From Candidatus Vogelbacteria bacterium RIFOXYD1_FULL_51_18 (lineage in GTDB: Bacteria > Patescibacteriota > Minisyncoccia > Phycocordibacterales > UBA9988), in assembly GCA_001823095.1 (NCBI GenBank), contig MHTL01000014.1:1881-65880 (forward strand): a stretch of DNA of 64,000 bases, read 5' to 3'. The notes beneath the pieces are model-generated. The model was not told the DNA's origin, made no database searches, and saw nothing but the letters and a program-made list of their open reading frames with translations. The position numbers were made by a program, and so were the translations under genes. Shown piece after piece: positions 32,585 to 41,638 of this stretch. How positions within the stretch are numbered: position 1 is the first letter of the stretch; each line of letters begins with the position of its first letter.

Positions 32585-33796
32585 TTATTTTGGCGCAAGT
32601 TCGCTTGCGGGAGAAATAGTCACGCGGACGCTCCGGGGAGCAATACTGGTGAGGGAAAAGTAAGGGGGCAAAGTCACGTTCTCGCTCCCGAGCGTATAAC
32701 GCTTAGTGCCTTCCTTGGACTCGGCAAGGTTAACAGATACCTTGATACTTGAGGGAGTGAGTCCCTGAAAATCGCGGTAATTGCCCGAGACAGTCACCGT
32801 TGCCTCGTGCACGTCGCTCTCTTTAATGGCAAACCCGCTAGGAATGGAGCGGAATTCAATCGGCGCCAGCACCTGCTTGGTAGTAACGCCTGTCTGGTAG
32901 ACGAGGCCGAACCACAAAAGCGTCGAAAGGAGCAGCGCCGAAAGTTTGAGCAAAAAATTGCGCACCACGAGGTCGCGCCAAGGACTTATGCCAACCTCAA
33001 TGTTCTCCTTCAAAAAATCTTCAATTATTTTTTCAAGCCGCTCGGGTTCCGTCACCGTGTTCAGCATGCCATCAGAGGCGTAGGAGATGCTTCCTTTTTC
33101 CTCCGAGACAACAATGGCAAGCGCGTCAGTTTTCTCGGTAATGCCGACGGCGGCGCGGTGCCGCGTGCCAAATCCGTCTAGCCGGTCAAAGCGCTCTGCA
33201 AGCGGGAGGTGCACGCCAAAACGGCGGATGCGGTGGTCGTTAATGATAATAGCGCCATCGTGCCCGGGCGAAGTGGGATCAAAAATGGAGAGGAGGAGGG
33301 GGACAGAAATTCTCCCGTCTAAGGGCACGCCACCCTCGGTCACATCTTCAAGCGGATAGTCGCCCTGAAAAACGATGATCGCTCCAAAGCGCCGCTGCGT
33401 CATCTCAAGTAGCGCGCGTGTGATGGCTACCGATGCGCTCTCCGAGACGTTTGCTTTGCGCTCGTAGGCGAGCCGACGCGAGGCAAAGGAGAACCACTCA
33501 AAAAAGCGGCGTATCTCCCGCTGGAAGACGATAACGATGATGACAACAATGAAGGTGAGTATGGGCTGGATAATTTGCCTCGTCAGTCCAAGGTTGAAGG
33601 TGCTGCCGAGGATGTTGACTCCCATGAGGAGCGCCATGGCGCTTACAATAAAGTAGGAGCGACTCTGCTTGATGAAGATGAGAATCAGATAGATGAGGAA
33701 GGCGGCGACGGCAACGTCAATAAAATCCTTCGTCTGGAGCGAATCAAAAAGGGCGGGGAGCCCTGCAATGAAGGTCATGAGTGTGCTGGTTGGCAT
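32585..33796 (-). CDS. dacA: Diadenylate cyclase CdaA fused to a YbbR(CdaR)-like domain
   Basis: 3 TM, FQREIRR, HDGA, GTRHRAAVG, VVSEE; extra TM plus YbbR-like C-terminus. Confidence 0.9.
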   Translation of the reverse strand: MPTSTLMTFIAGLPALFDSLQTKDFIDVAVAAFLIYLILIFIKQSRSYFIVSAMALLMGVNILGSTFNLGLTRQIIQPILTFIVVIIVIVFQREIRRFFEWFSFASRRLAYERKANVSESASVAITRALLEMTQRRFGAIIVFQGDYPLEDVTEGGVPLDGRISVPLLLSIFDPTSPGHDGAIIINDHRIRRFGVHLPLAERFDRLDGFGTRHRAAVGITEKTDALAIVVSEEKGSISYASDGMLNTVTEPERLEKIIEDFLKENIEVGISPWRDLVVRNFLLKLSALLLSTLLWFGLVYQTGVTTKQVLAPIEFRSIPSGFAIKESDVHEATVTVSGNYRDFQGLTPSSIKVSVNLAESKEGTKRYTLGSENVTLPPYFSLTSIAPRSVRVTISPASELAPK

Positions 33797-33834
33797 AGCT
33801 TCTCTAGTATACAAAAAAGTGTTACAATAGCCCT

Positions 33835-35112
33835 GTGTTTAAGATAAGCGTTCTCTTTGCGCGCGAAATTCTTGATTCGCGCGGCAATCCAACGGTAGAA
33901 GTTGACTGCGTGCTGGAAGACGGCTCTGCCGGGCGCGCTGCGGCGCCTTCTGGCGTCTCTATAGGAAGTCATGAGGCTGTGGAACTGCGCGATAAGGATG
34001 GCCGCTACCTCGCTAAAGGTGTAACACATGCAGTTGATAATGTCAAATATCGCATTGCGCCGGCGCTTGGCGGGAAGGAATTAAGCCAGCGCGTTTTGGA
34101 TGAAGCGCTCATCGCGCTTGACGGCACGGCGGACAAAAGCGCGCTCGGCGCCAATGCCATCCTTGGCGTCTCGCTTGCATTTGCTAAGGCCACTGCCCTT
34201 GCGGAAAAGAAGCGCCTCGCAGACTACTTCCGCGCGCAGAGTACGTTTACACATCCGCTACGCATGCCCGTGCCCTTGATGAATGTTATCAACGGCGGCG
34301 CGCATGCGACGGGTTCCACTGACGTCCAGGAATGGATGGTAGCGCCCTACGGCGCGTCCTCGTTTAAGGAGGCCCTGCGCTCTGGGTCAGAAATTTTTCA
34401 TGCGCTCCAGATGATATTGGCGGAGCGAGGACTCTCTACGCTTGTGGGTGACGAGGGCGGCTTTGCGCCGGCGTTGAGAACAAGCGAAGAAGCTTTTGAA
34501 CTCCTGCTTGCCGCTTGCGCCAAGGCAGGATATAAACCCGGTGTTGACGTCGGCTTTGCGCTGGATGTTGCGGCAAGCGAACTCCTGCGAGATGGGAGTT
34601 ACCACTTTGAACGAGAGGGAAAAGTTTTCAGCGCTGACGAGCTCATTGCGCGTTACAAGGGTTGGTGCGACACGTATCCGCTCCTCTCTATTGAAGACGG
34701 CCTTGCCGAAGATGATTGGGGAGGGCACGCGCGCCTCACCGAGGCGCTCGGCACGCGCATCCAGCTGGTGGGCGATGATCTCTTCTGCACCAATGCCGCG
34801 CGCATTAGAGAGGGTGTGCAGAAAAAAGCGGCGAACGCCGTTTTAATTAAACTCAATCAGGTAGGCACAGTGAGCGAGACGCTAGATGCGGTGACTGCAG
34901 CCGAGGCGGCAGGCTACCGTAGCATTATCTCGCACCGATCGGGCGAGACGGAAGATACCTCCATTGCCGACCTTGCCGTGGCAACGGGCTGCGGAGAGAT
35001 TAAGGCGGGCGCACCCTCACGCGGCGAGCGAGTGGCAAAGTATAATCAACTCTTGCGGCTTGAAGAACTTTACGGAGATATCCCCTATGCGGGGAAGGGG
35101 GCATTTACTTAA
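33835..35112 (+). CDS. eno: Enolase
   Basis: REILDSRGNPTVEV, VGDEGGFAP, SHRSGETED, KYNQLLR. Confidence 0.98.
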   Translation: MFKISVLFAREILDSRGNPTVEVDCVLEDGSAGRAAAPSGVSIGSHEAVELRDKDGRYLAKGVTHAVDNVKYRIAPALGGKELSQRVLDEALIALDGTADKSALGANAILGVSLAFAKATALAEKKRLADYFRAQSTFTHPLRMPVPLMNVINGGAHATGSTDVQEWMVAPYGASSFKEALRSGSEIFHALQMILAERGLSTLVGDEGGFAPALRTSEEAFELLLAACAKAGYKPGVDVGFALDVAASELLRDGSYHFEREGKVFSADELIARYKGWCDTYPLLSIEDGLAEDDWGGHARLTEALGTRIQLVGDDLFCTNAARIREGVQKKAANAVLIKLNQVGTVSETLDAVTAAEAAGYRSIISHRSGETEDTSIADLAVATGCGEIKAGAPSRGERVAKYNQLLRLEELYGDIPYAGKGAFT

Positions 35113-35146
35113 AACAAAAAATCCCCTGAGTGGGGGATTTTTTGTT
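35113..35146. terminator. Bidirectional terminator between eno and the RRM gene
   Basis: aacaaaaaatcccc..ggggattttttgtt. Confidence 0.8.
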
Positions 35147-35153
35147 CGGTGAA

Positions 35154-35444
35154 CTAGAACGAGCGGGAGAATCCTTCCCGGCGGGGAGGACGCTCGGCCA
35201 TGGGGCGAGCCTCGTTTACCACGAGGGCGCGTCCATCCAGCTCTTTGCCGTTCCATACCTCTACTGCCTTCGTTGCTTCATCATCGTTGGGCATTTCGAC
35301 GAACCCGAATCCGCGTGAGCGGCCGGTCATCTTGTCCATGATGACGGAAGCAGAAGAAACGGCCCCGACCTGCTCGAAAGCGGCCTTGAGGCTGTCGTTG
35401 GTTGTGGTGTAGCTCAAGCTACCGATGTACAACTTCTTTGCCAT
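35154..35444 (-). CDS. RRM RNA-binding protein
   Basis: KLYIGSL (RNP2), RGFGFVEM (RNP1), VNEAR. Confidence 0.95.
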   Translation of the reverse strand: MAKKLYIGSLSYTTTNDSLKAAFEQVGAVSSASVIMDKMTGRSRGFGFVEMPNDDEATKAVEVWNGKELDGRALVVNEARPMAERPPRREGFSRSF

Positions 35445-35639
35445 GTGAACTATATTTCTTAACTAACGCCGAGTAGACCGACACTTCTCGAGACCTAAGA
35501 AACTAGTTCACTCGAGAGCCTACTGACAAGGGGTAGTATACACCTATTGAAAAAAAAGTCAACCTGTTCGCCGAGGCGGGATAAAACAGCCCCCCGCACC
35601 TAGGTGTAGGGGGCCTTGAAAAGAAGAGGAGTGGACTAC

Positions 35640-36296
35640 TTAAGCCGAGTAGCTTAATTCAGTAACATGATGCCCCATAAGGGCCCACATCTCCGCAAAG
35701 ACCGAGATGGGTTTTTGCTTCCTCTCCTCGGGGGGCTCCGGATTGACCTCTACAAAGCGCGTCCTTTTGCGCAGATAGGGGATCATGGTCTCGCAGGCGA
35801 CGCGATATTCATCCCAGCGGCTCATCACCTCGTCAAAAACGGCGACTGCATTTTTCTTGCTTGAGAGATGCTTTTGGAGCCGCTTGGTAAGCAGGTCGTA
35901 GGTCCCTGCCATGTGGACGCACACGGGATACAGTATCTTATGCTCCTGTAGCATGGCAATCAGATTCTCTGCCTGCTCCAGCGTCCGTGGGTAGCCATTG
36001 ATGGCAGTGAGATATACGCCGCTCCCGATGCTCATGTTGATTTCTCCTGCCATTATGGCAGTCACTACTTCTTGGGGGACAGGGAGATGTTCTCCCAAAC
36101 ACTTCTCCACTAACGGGTCTGGACTCCAACGGAGCACGCTCTCCAGAGAGACGTGGCGGACGGTCCCCTTCACATCATCTCTGGTCATAACATCCGAAAG
36201 GTGCTTGACCATCTCGTCCTTCCCCACCAGGGGAGGTCCCACAAACAGCACGACAGAGGATTTTTTCGGCTTAAGTCGCTGTGTTCCCATTTCCAT
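35640..36296 (-). CDS. Divergent adenylate/NMP kinase-like protein
   Basis: GPPLVGKD P-loop variant, NGYPRTLEQA. Confidence 0.7.
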   Translation of the reverse strand: MEMGTQRLKPKKSSVVLFVGPPLVGKDEMVKHLSDVMTRDDVKGTVRHVSLESVLRWSPDPLVEKCLGEHLPVPQEVVTAIMAGEINMSIGSGVYLTAINGYPRTLEQAENLIAMLQEHKILYPVCVHMAGTYDLLTKRLQKHLSSKKNAVAVFDEVMSRWDEYRVACETMIPYLRKRTRFVEVNPEPPEERKQKPISVFAEMWALMGHHVTELSYSA

Positions 36297-36373
36297 TACA
36301 CTTCCTCCACATTAAAGATCATGGCTGTATTCAGCCTCCACTGTGCAGTATGGCACAAAAGAGAATGACAGTC

Positions 36374-36425
36374 AAAAAAAAGCTCGTCCGCATCCCGACA
36401 CAAATGTGTCGGGATGCGGACGAGC
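36374..36425 (-). terminator. Long terminator hairpin (21-bp arms)
   Basis: gctcgtccgcatcccgacaca-aa-tgtgtcgggatgcggacgagc plus U-tract on the minus strand. Confidence 0.8.
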
Positions 36426-36447
36426 CCACTACTATCTACTCCCTAAG

Positions 36448-37386
36448 TTACTCTGGCTTGAACGCACCAGGATGCAGTCCGTGTCCGCGATTCTCGCCAA
36501 GGTTGCGCGAGATATCATTTTCATCATCTAAACTTGCAGGTGTAAGCACAATCTGAAGCGTGGTTCCGCGCAAGTCGTTAAAGCCGATACCGTTGTCGTG
36601 GATAACAGCAGGATGCGGGTCGCTGTCGTCCCGCGCTTCGGTCAGCTCAACGGCTACTATATCAACCGTATCCGGATCGTCGCTTATAAGCGCGATCTTA
36701 TTTTTGAGCACACGGTTGAACTCAATAGAAACAGCGCCAGCCGCGTCCCAGCGGAAGTCTGCGTAGAGCACGATGCCAGTGCCGTTGTAACCGCCGCAGT
36801 CACTGTCAGAGACGTCCAAAACACCGCTGATTTTGTTATGCGAGACCACGTTGTCGCTCACTGTGCCGCCCAAGTAGTCGCCTACGAGGATGCCGATGCC
36901 GCCGCCGCAGCGCGTGCGCAGGCCGGTGATCACGTTATGCGAGATCTCCCAGTCGTCGCCGCGCCAATTGGAGATGGCCTGTACCGTGTTTAAAAACACG
37001 CATTGGGTCACGGTCACCTCATGTGCCGCCTGGCCATTCATAATGGCGAGGTCAACGCCATCAAACGTCAAGTGACTGAAGGTACAGCCGTCACTGCCGG
37101 CGAGAAGCCGAAAGCCTTGAATGAGCCCGGAGCCGTGCACAGGACCGCTGTTAATCACAGCTTGCCCCTCGCCCCTGATCTCAACTCGCTTGTCAACAAG
37201 CGCGCCCGCGTGATTGCCTGAGCCGACCACAATGGTGTCGCCGTCCAGGACCGCCGCATCATCATTAATAGTATCTTGGATAGTGGCATAATCGCCTGGC
37301 ACTTCCCACATGGCCGCAGGGGCCGTGTAGGGGAGCACAAACACATTTGACATAAGCACTGCTAGCAACGTGAGAAAACTGCGCAT
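36448..37386 (-). CDS. Secreted right-handed beta-helix protein
   Basis: Signal peptide; VPGDYATIQ..GDTIVV; repeated N.I/GI units. Confidence 0.75.
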   Translation of the reverse strand: MRSFLTLLAVLMSNVFVLPYTAPAAMWEVPGDYATIQDTINDDAAVLDGDTIVVGSGNHAGALVDKRVEIRGEGQAVINSGPVHGSGLIQGFRLLAGSDGCTFSHLTFDGVDLAIMNGQAAHEVTVTQCVFLNTVQAISNWRGDDWEISHNVITGLRTRCGGGIGILVGDYLGGTVSDNVVSHNKISGVLDVSDSDCGGYNGTGIVLYADFRWDAAGAVSIEFNRVLKNKIALISDDPDTVDIVAVELTEARDDSDPHPAVIHDNGIGFNDLRGTTLQIVLTPASLDDENDISRNLGENRGHGLHPGAFKPE

Positions 37387-37503
37387 CTTTTTATTACCTG
37401 CCTTTCTTTTTTTGGTACAGAGTAGAGAGTAGTCAAAGTGCAAAAACTGTCCTCGGATACTCTACCACGAGGAGGACATAAAGGTCAAGAAAAGTTTGCT
37501 TAA

Positions 37504-37980
37504 TTATTTGCGTGTGTAAGTGCCCATGAGCTCGCCGTAGGCGCGGATGTGCCCGCTCATGGCGGTAATGAGCTCATCTTTGCCTGCTCCTGCAGGGAGG
37601 GCAAGCTCGCTATCCAGCGCGTAGGCTTTGAAAAAGTAGCGATGCGTGCCGAAGGGTGGGCAGGGGCCATGGTACATCCGCGTGCCGTCTGAGCTCTCGC
37701 CCGAGACTCCCATGGGCTCCTCGCCCTCCCGAATGACGACGGTAGTCTCTGTGTGTGCGGGAATGTTCCACTTGAGCCAATGCACCCAGCCACCGGCCGC
37801 CGCCGCATCAGGGTCATTCACAATGAGCGCAAGTGTTATGGCTCCTGCGGGGATGTCGCTAATCTCAAGCGGTGGATGTTTGTCCGCCCCATCGCAGGTG
37901 AACTGCACGGGGATTGTCCCGCCTGCCCTGAAGGCGGAGCTCATGATCGTGAGCGCGGGATAGTTTATGTTTTCCGTCAT
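37504..37980 (-). CDS. YbhB/YbcL (PEBP/Raf kinase inhibitor-like) protein
   Basis: FTCDG, DPDA..WVHW, YHGPCPP.GTHRYFFKAYALD. Confidence 0.93.
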   Translation of the reverse strand: MTENINYPALTIMSSAFRAGGTIPVQFTCDGADKHPPLEISDIPAGAITLALIVNDPDAAAAGGWVHWLKWNIPAHTETTVVIREGEEPMGVSGESSDGTRMYHGPCPPFGTHRYFFKAYALDSELALPAGAGKDELITAMSGHIRAYGELMGTYTRK

Positions 37981-37986
37981 AGCGGT

Positions 37987-38661
37987 CTAACTCAAATCTT
38001 TCTTCCTTTCCTCAAATTCTTTTTTATCAATCTCACCTTTAGCATACCGTTTCTGCAAAATTTCAAGCGCGGATTTTTCGTGATTGTGCGTGCCGCGCGA
38101 TTGATTCGTAAGCCATTTGATAAGCGCGACAATACCCGCGATTATCAATACCCACCAGAGGATCATAAAAATCCAGCCGAACGAGCCAAAAGGCCCAGAT
38201 CCAAAATTCATCATACTCCCTCCCCACATCATATTCATCATCGGCATCCAGCCGCCGCTTATGGCCGGAAATGATGCTGATGTATCGCAACCAGAAAGAC
38301 GTTTACCCATGACGATGTGAATCTGCTCTTCGCCGTCTTCGCCATGCGCCTGAATCATCATGGCGTTCATGGCGGCATGGGACTCTCCAGCCATTTGTCC
38401 CATAAAATACTCGCCGAGAACTCCAAACTGCTCATCGCTTAAATTCTCGCAAGCGATTTCTTTTGCTTGCAGTGTATCCCAAAGCCCTTTGCCTTCCTGT
38501 TCTTCACGGGCGGTATGTTCAACGACCTCGTTCCAATCAACTGTCGTATTGGAGAGATTACCCATCCCTTCAACACCGTTCAGGACAGGCATTTGAGCAT
38601 CTACCGAACCGTCAACAAGTATTGACCCAAAAATGAAAGCCGTGATTAAAAGTTTTTTCAT
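37987..38661 (-). CDS. Met/His-rich membrane protein with SHOCT domain
   Basis: Signal peptide, Met-rich segments, TM, ALEILQKRYAKGEIDKKEFEE. Confidence 0.85.
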   Translation of the reverse strand: MKKLLITAFIFGSILVDGSVDAQMPVLNGVEGMGNLSNTTVDWNEVVEHTAREEQEGKGLWDTLQAKEIACENLSDEQFGVLGEYFMGQMAGESHAAMNAMMIQAHGEDGEEQIHIVMGKRLSGCDTSASFPAISGGWMPMMNMMWGGSMMNFGSGPFGSFGWIFMILWWVLIIAGIVALIKWLTNQSRGTHNHEKSALEILQKRYAKGEIDKKEFEERKKDLS

Positions 38662-38683
38662 ACAGTCGTATTTTAGCTTATTC

Positions 38684-39067
38684 TTATTGTTTAGAAAAGA
38701 CGAAATACGAAAGATACCCAAGGAGTCCGAGTTGAATCGTAGGCGTTAAGCCGACGGAGAGAATTGGGATTATGGGCATATACTCATTATACGCCCATCT
38801 TCCCGTGTTGAGAGCGTACAATTCAATACATATCGAAATCAAGACGCCAATCGGAATAATGAGCCAGCTTCTTTTTCTGAGACTGGCGACCAGTACAAAG
38901 GGTAGAGTCAATAGGATAATAATAATCGCATCAGCGATAGAAGCTCGCAACAGAATAGTCTCGGTTATCTCTCCGCCCATATAAACGATATAAAAATAGG
39001 AATGTAAATTTTCCCAAATTAGATTAAGAAAAAATGACAAAATAAAAATTAAAGATACTTTTTTCAT
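38684..39067 (-). CDS. Hypothetical integral membrane protein
   Basis: About 4 TM; WE..H, GRWAY..MP..VGLTP. Confidence 0.75.
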   Translation of the reverse strand: MKKVSLIFILSFFLNLIWENLHSYFYIVYMGGEITETILLRASIADAIIIILLTLPFVLVASLRKRSWLIIPIGVLISICIELYALNTGRWAYNEYMPIIPILSVGLTPTIQLGLLGYLSYFVFSKQ

Positions 39068-39072
39068 ACTGT

Positions 39073-39183
39073 TTATTTTTCCGCATGAGCGGTATGCTCC
39101 TTAAAACGTTTCCTAAGATCGGTGGTTGATCCAAAATAAAGTTGCGAATCTTTTTTACTTTTCAAAATACATGTGTAGTTCAT
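39073..39183 (-). pseudogene. Truncated GIY-YIG nuclease remnant
   Basis: Manual translation MNYTCILKSKKDSQLYFGSTTDLRKRFKEH..* (36 aa). Confidence 0.7.
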
Positions 39184-39201
39184 AGAATTTGGTGTGGGGG
39201 T

Positions 39202-40104
39202 TTATTTTTGTTCCCAGGGACTATTCAAAGACTCTTCTCCAATCTTCCACACGCCCTTTTCCAAGAAAGCCTCGATGGTCTGGCGGGTGGCCTTGTTGAT
39301 AAGATTTGAGTGAGAAAATTTGTTGCTCTTTGCATAGTCGGAAAGCAGAACAATCTTTTTGCTCTCTAAATATGCCAAACGCTTGTGATAACTATTGGTA
39401 AGAGCCTTACCAATAATCTCTTCCATAATTTCGGTTGCCCCCTTTTCATCAAACTCCCTGAAAGCGTCGTAGTATTTCTTCTGGTCGATAAACTTGATGT
39501 TTATCGGCACAAAGCCTTCCCGTATGAGGAGATAGTTGTTGATGACGCGCCCAATGCGGCCATTCCCGTCCATGAATGGGTGGAGATATTCAAACGCCAG
39601 ATGAAGCCGCGCGATGCGCTTGATGATATTTTCATGACTTGTCGCATTGTATTCCGCAAACATCTTCTCAAGACTCCCGTTGATTTCTTTTGGAGCAGGA
39701 GCAATATAACTGCCGACACGAACATACTCGTCATCCTTGCGAAATCGTCCGGCAACTTCATCACGAATATTTGACAGGAGCATCTTGTGGAGTGACAAGA
39801 TAACCTCAAAGCCGAGCTCCTGCTCTTTAGCCCGCTTGTTTATGTACGACACGACTCGGGCAAGATTTTTTGCTTCGAATATTTCTCGTTCAGAAATATA
39901 CCGGTCCAGATCAATCTGGAGAAGTATCTTTTCCGTTTCCTCAAGAGAGAGAGTACTGTTCTCGATAGCGTTTGAGTTGTATACCTGATCTGCGATTTCC
40001 GCTTCGCTTATAAGCTTAATAAGCGCATCTTTTCCGATGGCCGCTTTGTAATACCTTTCCCTAAACAGATTGATTTTATTAAGTGCTCTAGCTGTTTTCG
40101 CCAT
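39202..40104 (-). CDS. Fic-family protein
   Basis: HPFMDGNGRIGR catalytic motif; SNAIEN inhibitory motif. Confidence 0.93.
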   Translation of the reverse strand: MAKTARALNKINLFRERYYKAAIGKDALIKLISEAEIADQVYNSNAIENSTLSLEETEKILLQIDLDRYISEREIFEAKNLARVVSYINKRAKEQELGFEVILSLHKMLLSNIRDEVAGRFRKDDEYVRVGSYIAPAPKEINGSLEKMFAEYNATSHENIIKRIARLHLAFEYLHPFMDGNGRIGRVINNYLLIREGFVPINIKFIDQKKYYDAFREFDEKGATEIMEEIIGKALTNSYHKRLAYLESKKIVLLSDYAKSNKFSHSNLINKATRQTIEAFLEKGVWKIGEESLNSPWEQK

Positions 40105-40112
40105 ACGGATTA

Positions 40113-40156
40113 AGTATAGTCTTTTTCACGACTTTGTCAACTCTAATCGTGAAAAA
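40113..40156 (-). promoter_or_regulatory. fic promoter with overlapping inverted repeat
   Basis: TTGACA-16bp-TATACT; TTTTTCACGA-N15-TCGTGAAAAA around the -35. Confidence 0.65.
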
Positions 40157-40582
40157 CTCTCTTTTTTCTTATACTTTCACGATTTTGGACATATAGCCCC
40201 TCTGCCTTTCAGCAGTATAACAAAAAGTGTCTCATATTGGCTCCGGAGTTAAAACCTTCACAAACCCCGAAGGAAAAACAAGTTCCCTACGAGGCATGCT
40301 TTTGAAATTATTCTGCCAAATCTGATACACAAATCCAAAAAGCAAAATCTGAAGTGATGCGCCCCGCCACTATTTTTCTGGGACAAAGGAGGCGGGGCTG
40401 GGCGACCTGTCCGCCGTAGCTTTAGCAAAGGCGGAGCGAACCCTCTCGTCTTCAAAATCCGAGTTCGTATCTAGTTTATTGGCTCCCACTACTGAACGAG
40501 TTTAGAACAATAGATTGGAAGGGTATAAAGCAAGAACTTGAGCTTAGCGGTATTATGACGCTACTGGGCCAGAGAGGTTTTG

Positions 40583-41026
40583 TTAGCGTCTAACCTTATC
40601 GGTTTCAAGATGGTTTTCTGTTATGGCCACAACATAGAAAGTTCGTTCTGGCTCAATATCAAAATAGAATATCCGTGCTCTTTGTTGTAGTTTTATTTCC
40701 TTGAGTTCAATGCCTTCAGCAATGCCCCTGTATAGCTTTTTGTATTCGCTATCGTATCTCATAGGTATTCGGTCCACATAGTTTCTTTGAAAATCGGCCT
40801 CGGGGCGGATTTTTGTTCCTATGGTTTTGAGAGTTTCTATGGCCCTTTTTGCTTTGTTGCCGCCGAGCTCTGAAATCTCGCACATTCTTTCGTTGTATTT
40901 TGCAAAAGAGATTACATAAGGAATTGCCTCAGGTGCTTCTGTGTCCTGAGGCAATTCTTGAGCGATTTGAGAAAGTTTGTCTATTTCATCACTTGGCTCT
41001 GTGGCTTGTTTTGGAATGTCGGTCAT
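40583..41026 (-). CDS. Hypothetical protein, putative RelE-like toxin partner of Panacea
   Basis: ATGA-coupled to DUF4065; ARIFYF....TFYVVAITENH C-terminus. Confidence 0.6.
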   Translation of the reverse strand: MTDIPKQATEPSDEIDKLSQIAQELPQDTEAPEAIPYVISFAKYNERMCEISELGGNKAKRAIETLKTIGTKIRPEADFQRNYVDRIPMRYDSEYKKLYRGIAEGIELKEIKLQQRARIFYFDIEPERTFYVVAITENHLETDKVRR

Positions 41027-41526
41027 TTGTGCTTCTTGGCCTCTTCCAATTTTTCAGAGTAGTAATTTTTCATTGATTCAAGGGATATTTCGTTTTCTGA
41101 GTTTTCATAATGCTGAAGGCCCTTTCGTGCTTCTCGCCACGGCTCTTCTGAGTGCGTGAGCATTTCCAAATAACCAGCATCAAGTTTTCCGTATGCGTTC
41201 CATACGGTATCAATAAGTTCTTTTGACTTGCCCGAAATGTTAAGCGTGTCTGATTTTATCTCTTCCTGTATCGGTTCAAATCCGAACTTTTTATATAGCA
41301 CATACAAACTGCGAACTGCTGGCCCGTGCACCCACGCTTCAATCGGCTCACTGAAGAGTTTTTTGTTATTCAATACCAAAGACCAGGCCTGTGCGTAATA
41401 GACCAGTTTTTGGAGTTTTTTATTCGTTATCGGCTCTTTTTCTTGGCTGGCGAGATATAAGAAATATCGGCCTACATCCCGTGCCTTTAAGGTTTTTTGA
41501 GAGTGTAAGGCCATAGGTATTTTCAT
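41023..41526 (-). CDS. Panacea (DUF4065/SocA/GepA) antitoxin
   Basis: ITNKKLQKLVYYAQ, IEAWVHGP, LTHSEEPW. Confidence 0.92.
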   Translation of the reverse strand: MKIPMALHSQKTLKARDVGRYFLYLASQEKEPITNKKLQKLVYYAQAWSLVLNNKKLFSEPIEAWVHGPAVRSLYVLYKKFGFEPIQEEIKSDTLNISGKSKELIDTVWNAYGKLDAGYLEMLTHSEEPWREARKGLQHYENSENEISLESMKNYYSEKLEEAKKHK

Positions 41527-41638
41527 AGTAGCAATTCTGTAAACAGTTGTAAACAGACAGGAAGATGTTGATATTTCTGGCCGAGCGTGTAAACTAAAGT
41601 AAAGTATGAAAGAAGTAATGATGGATAGACTCATAATT

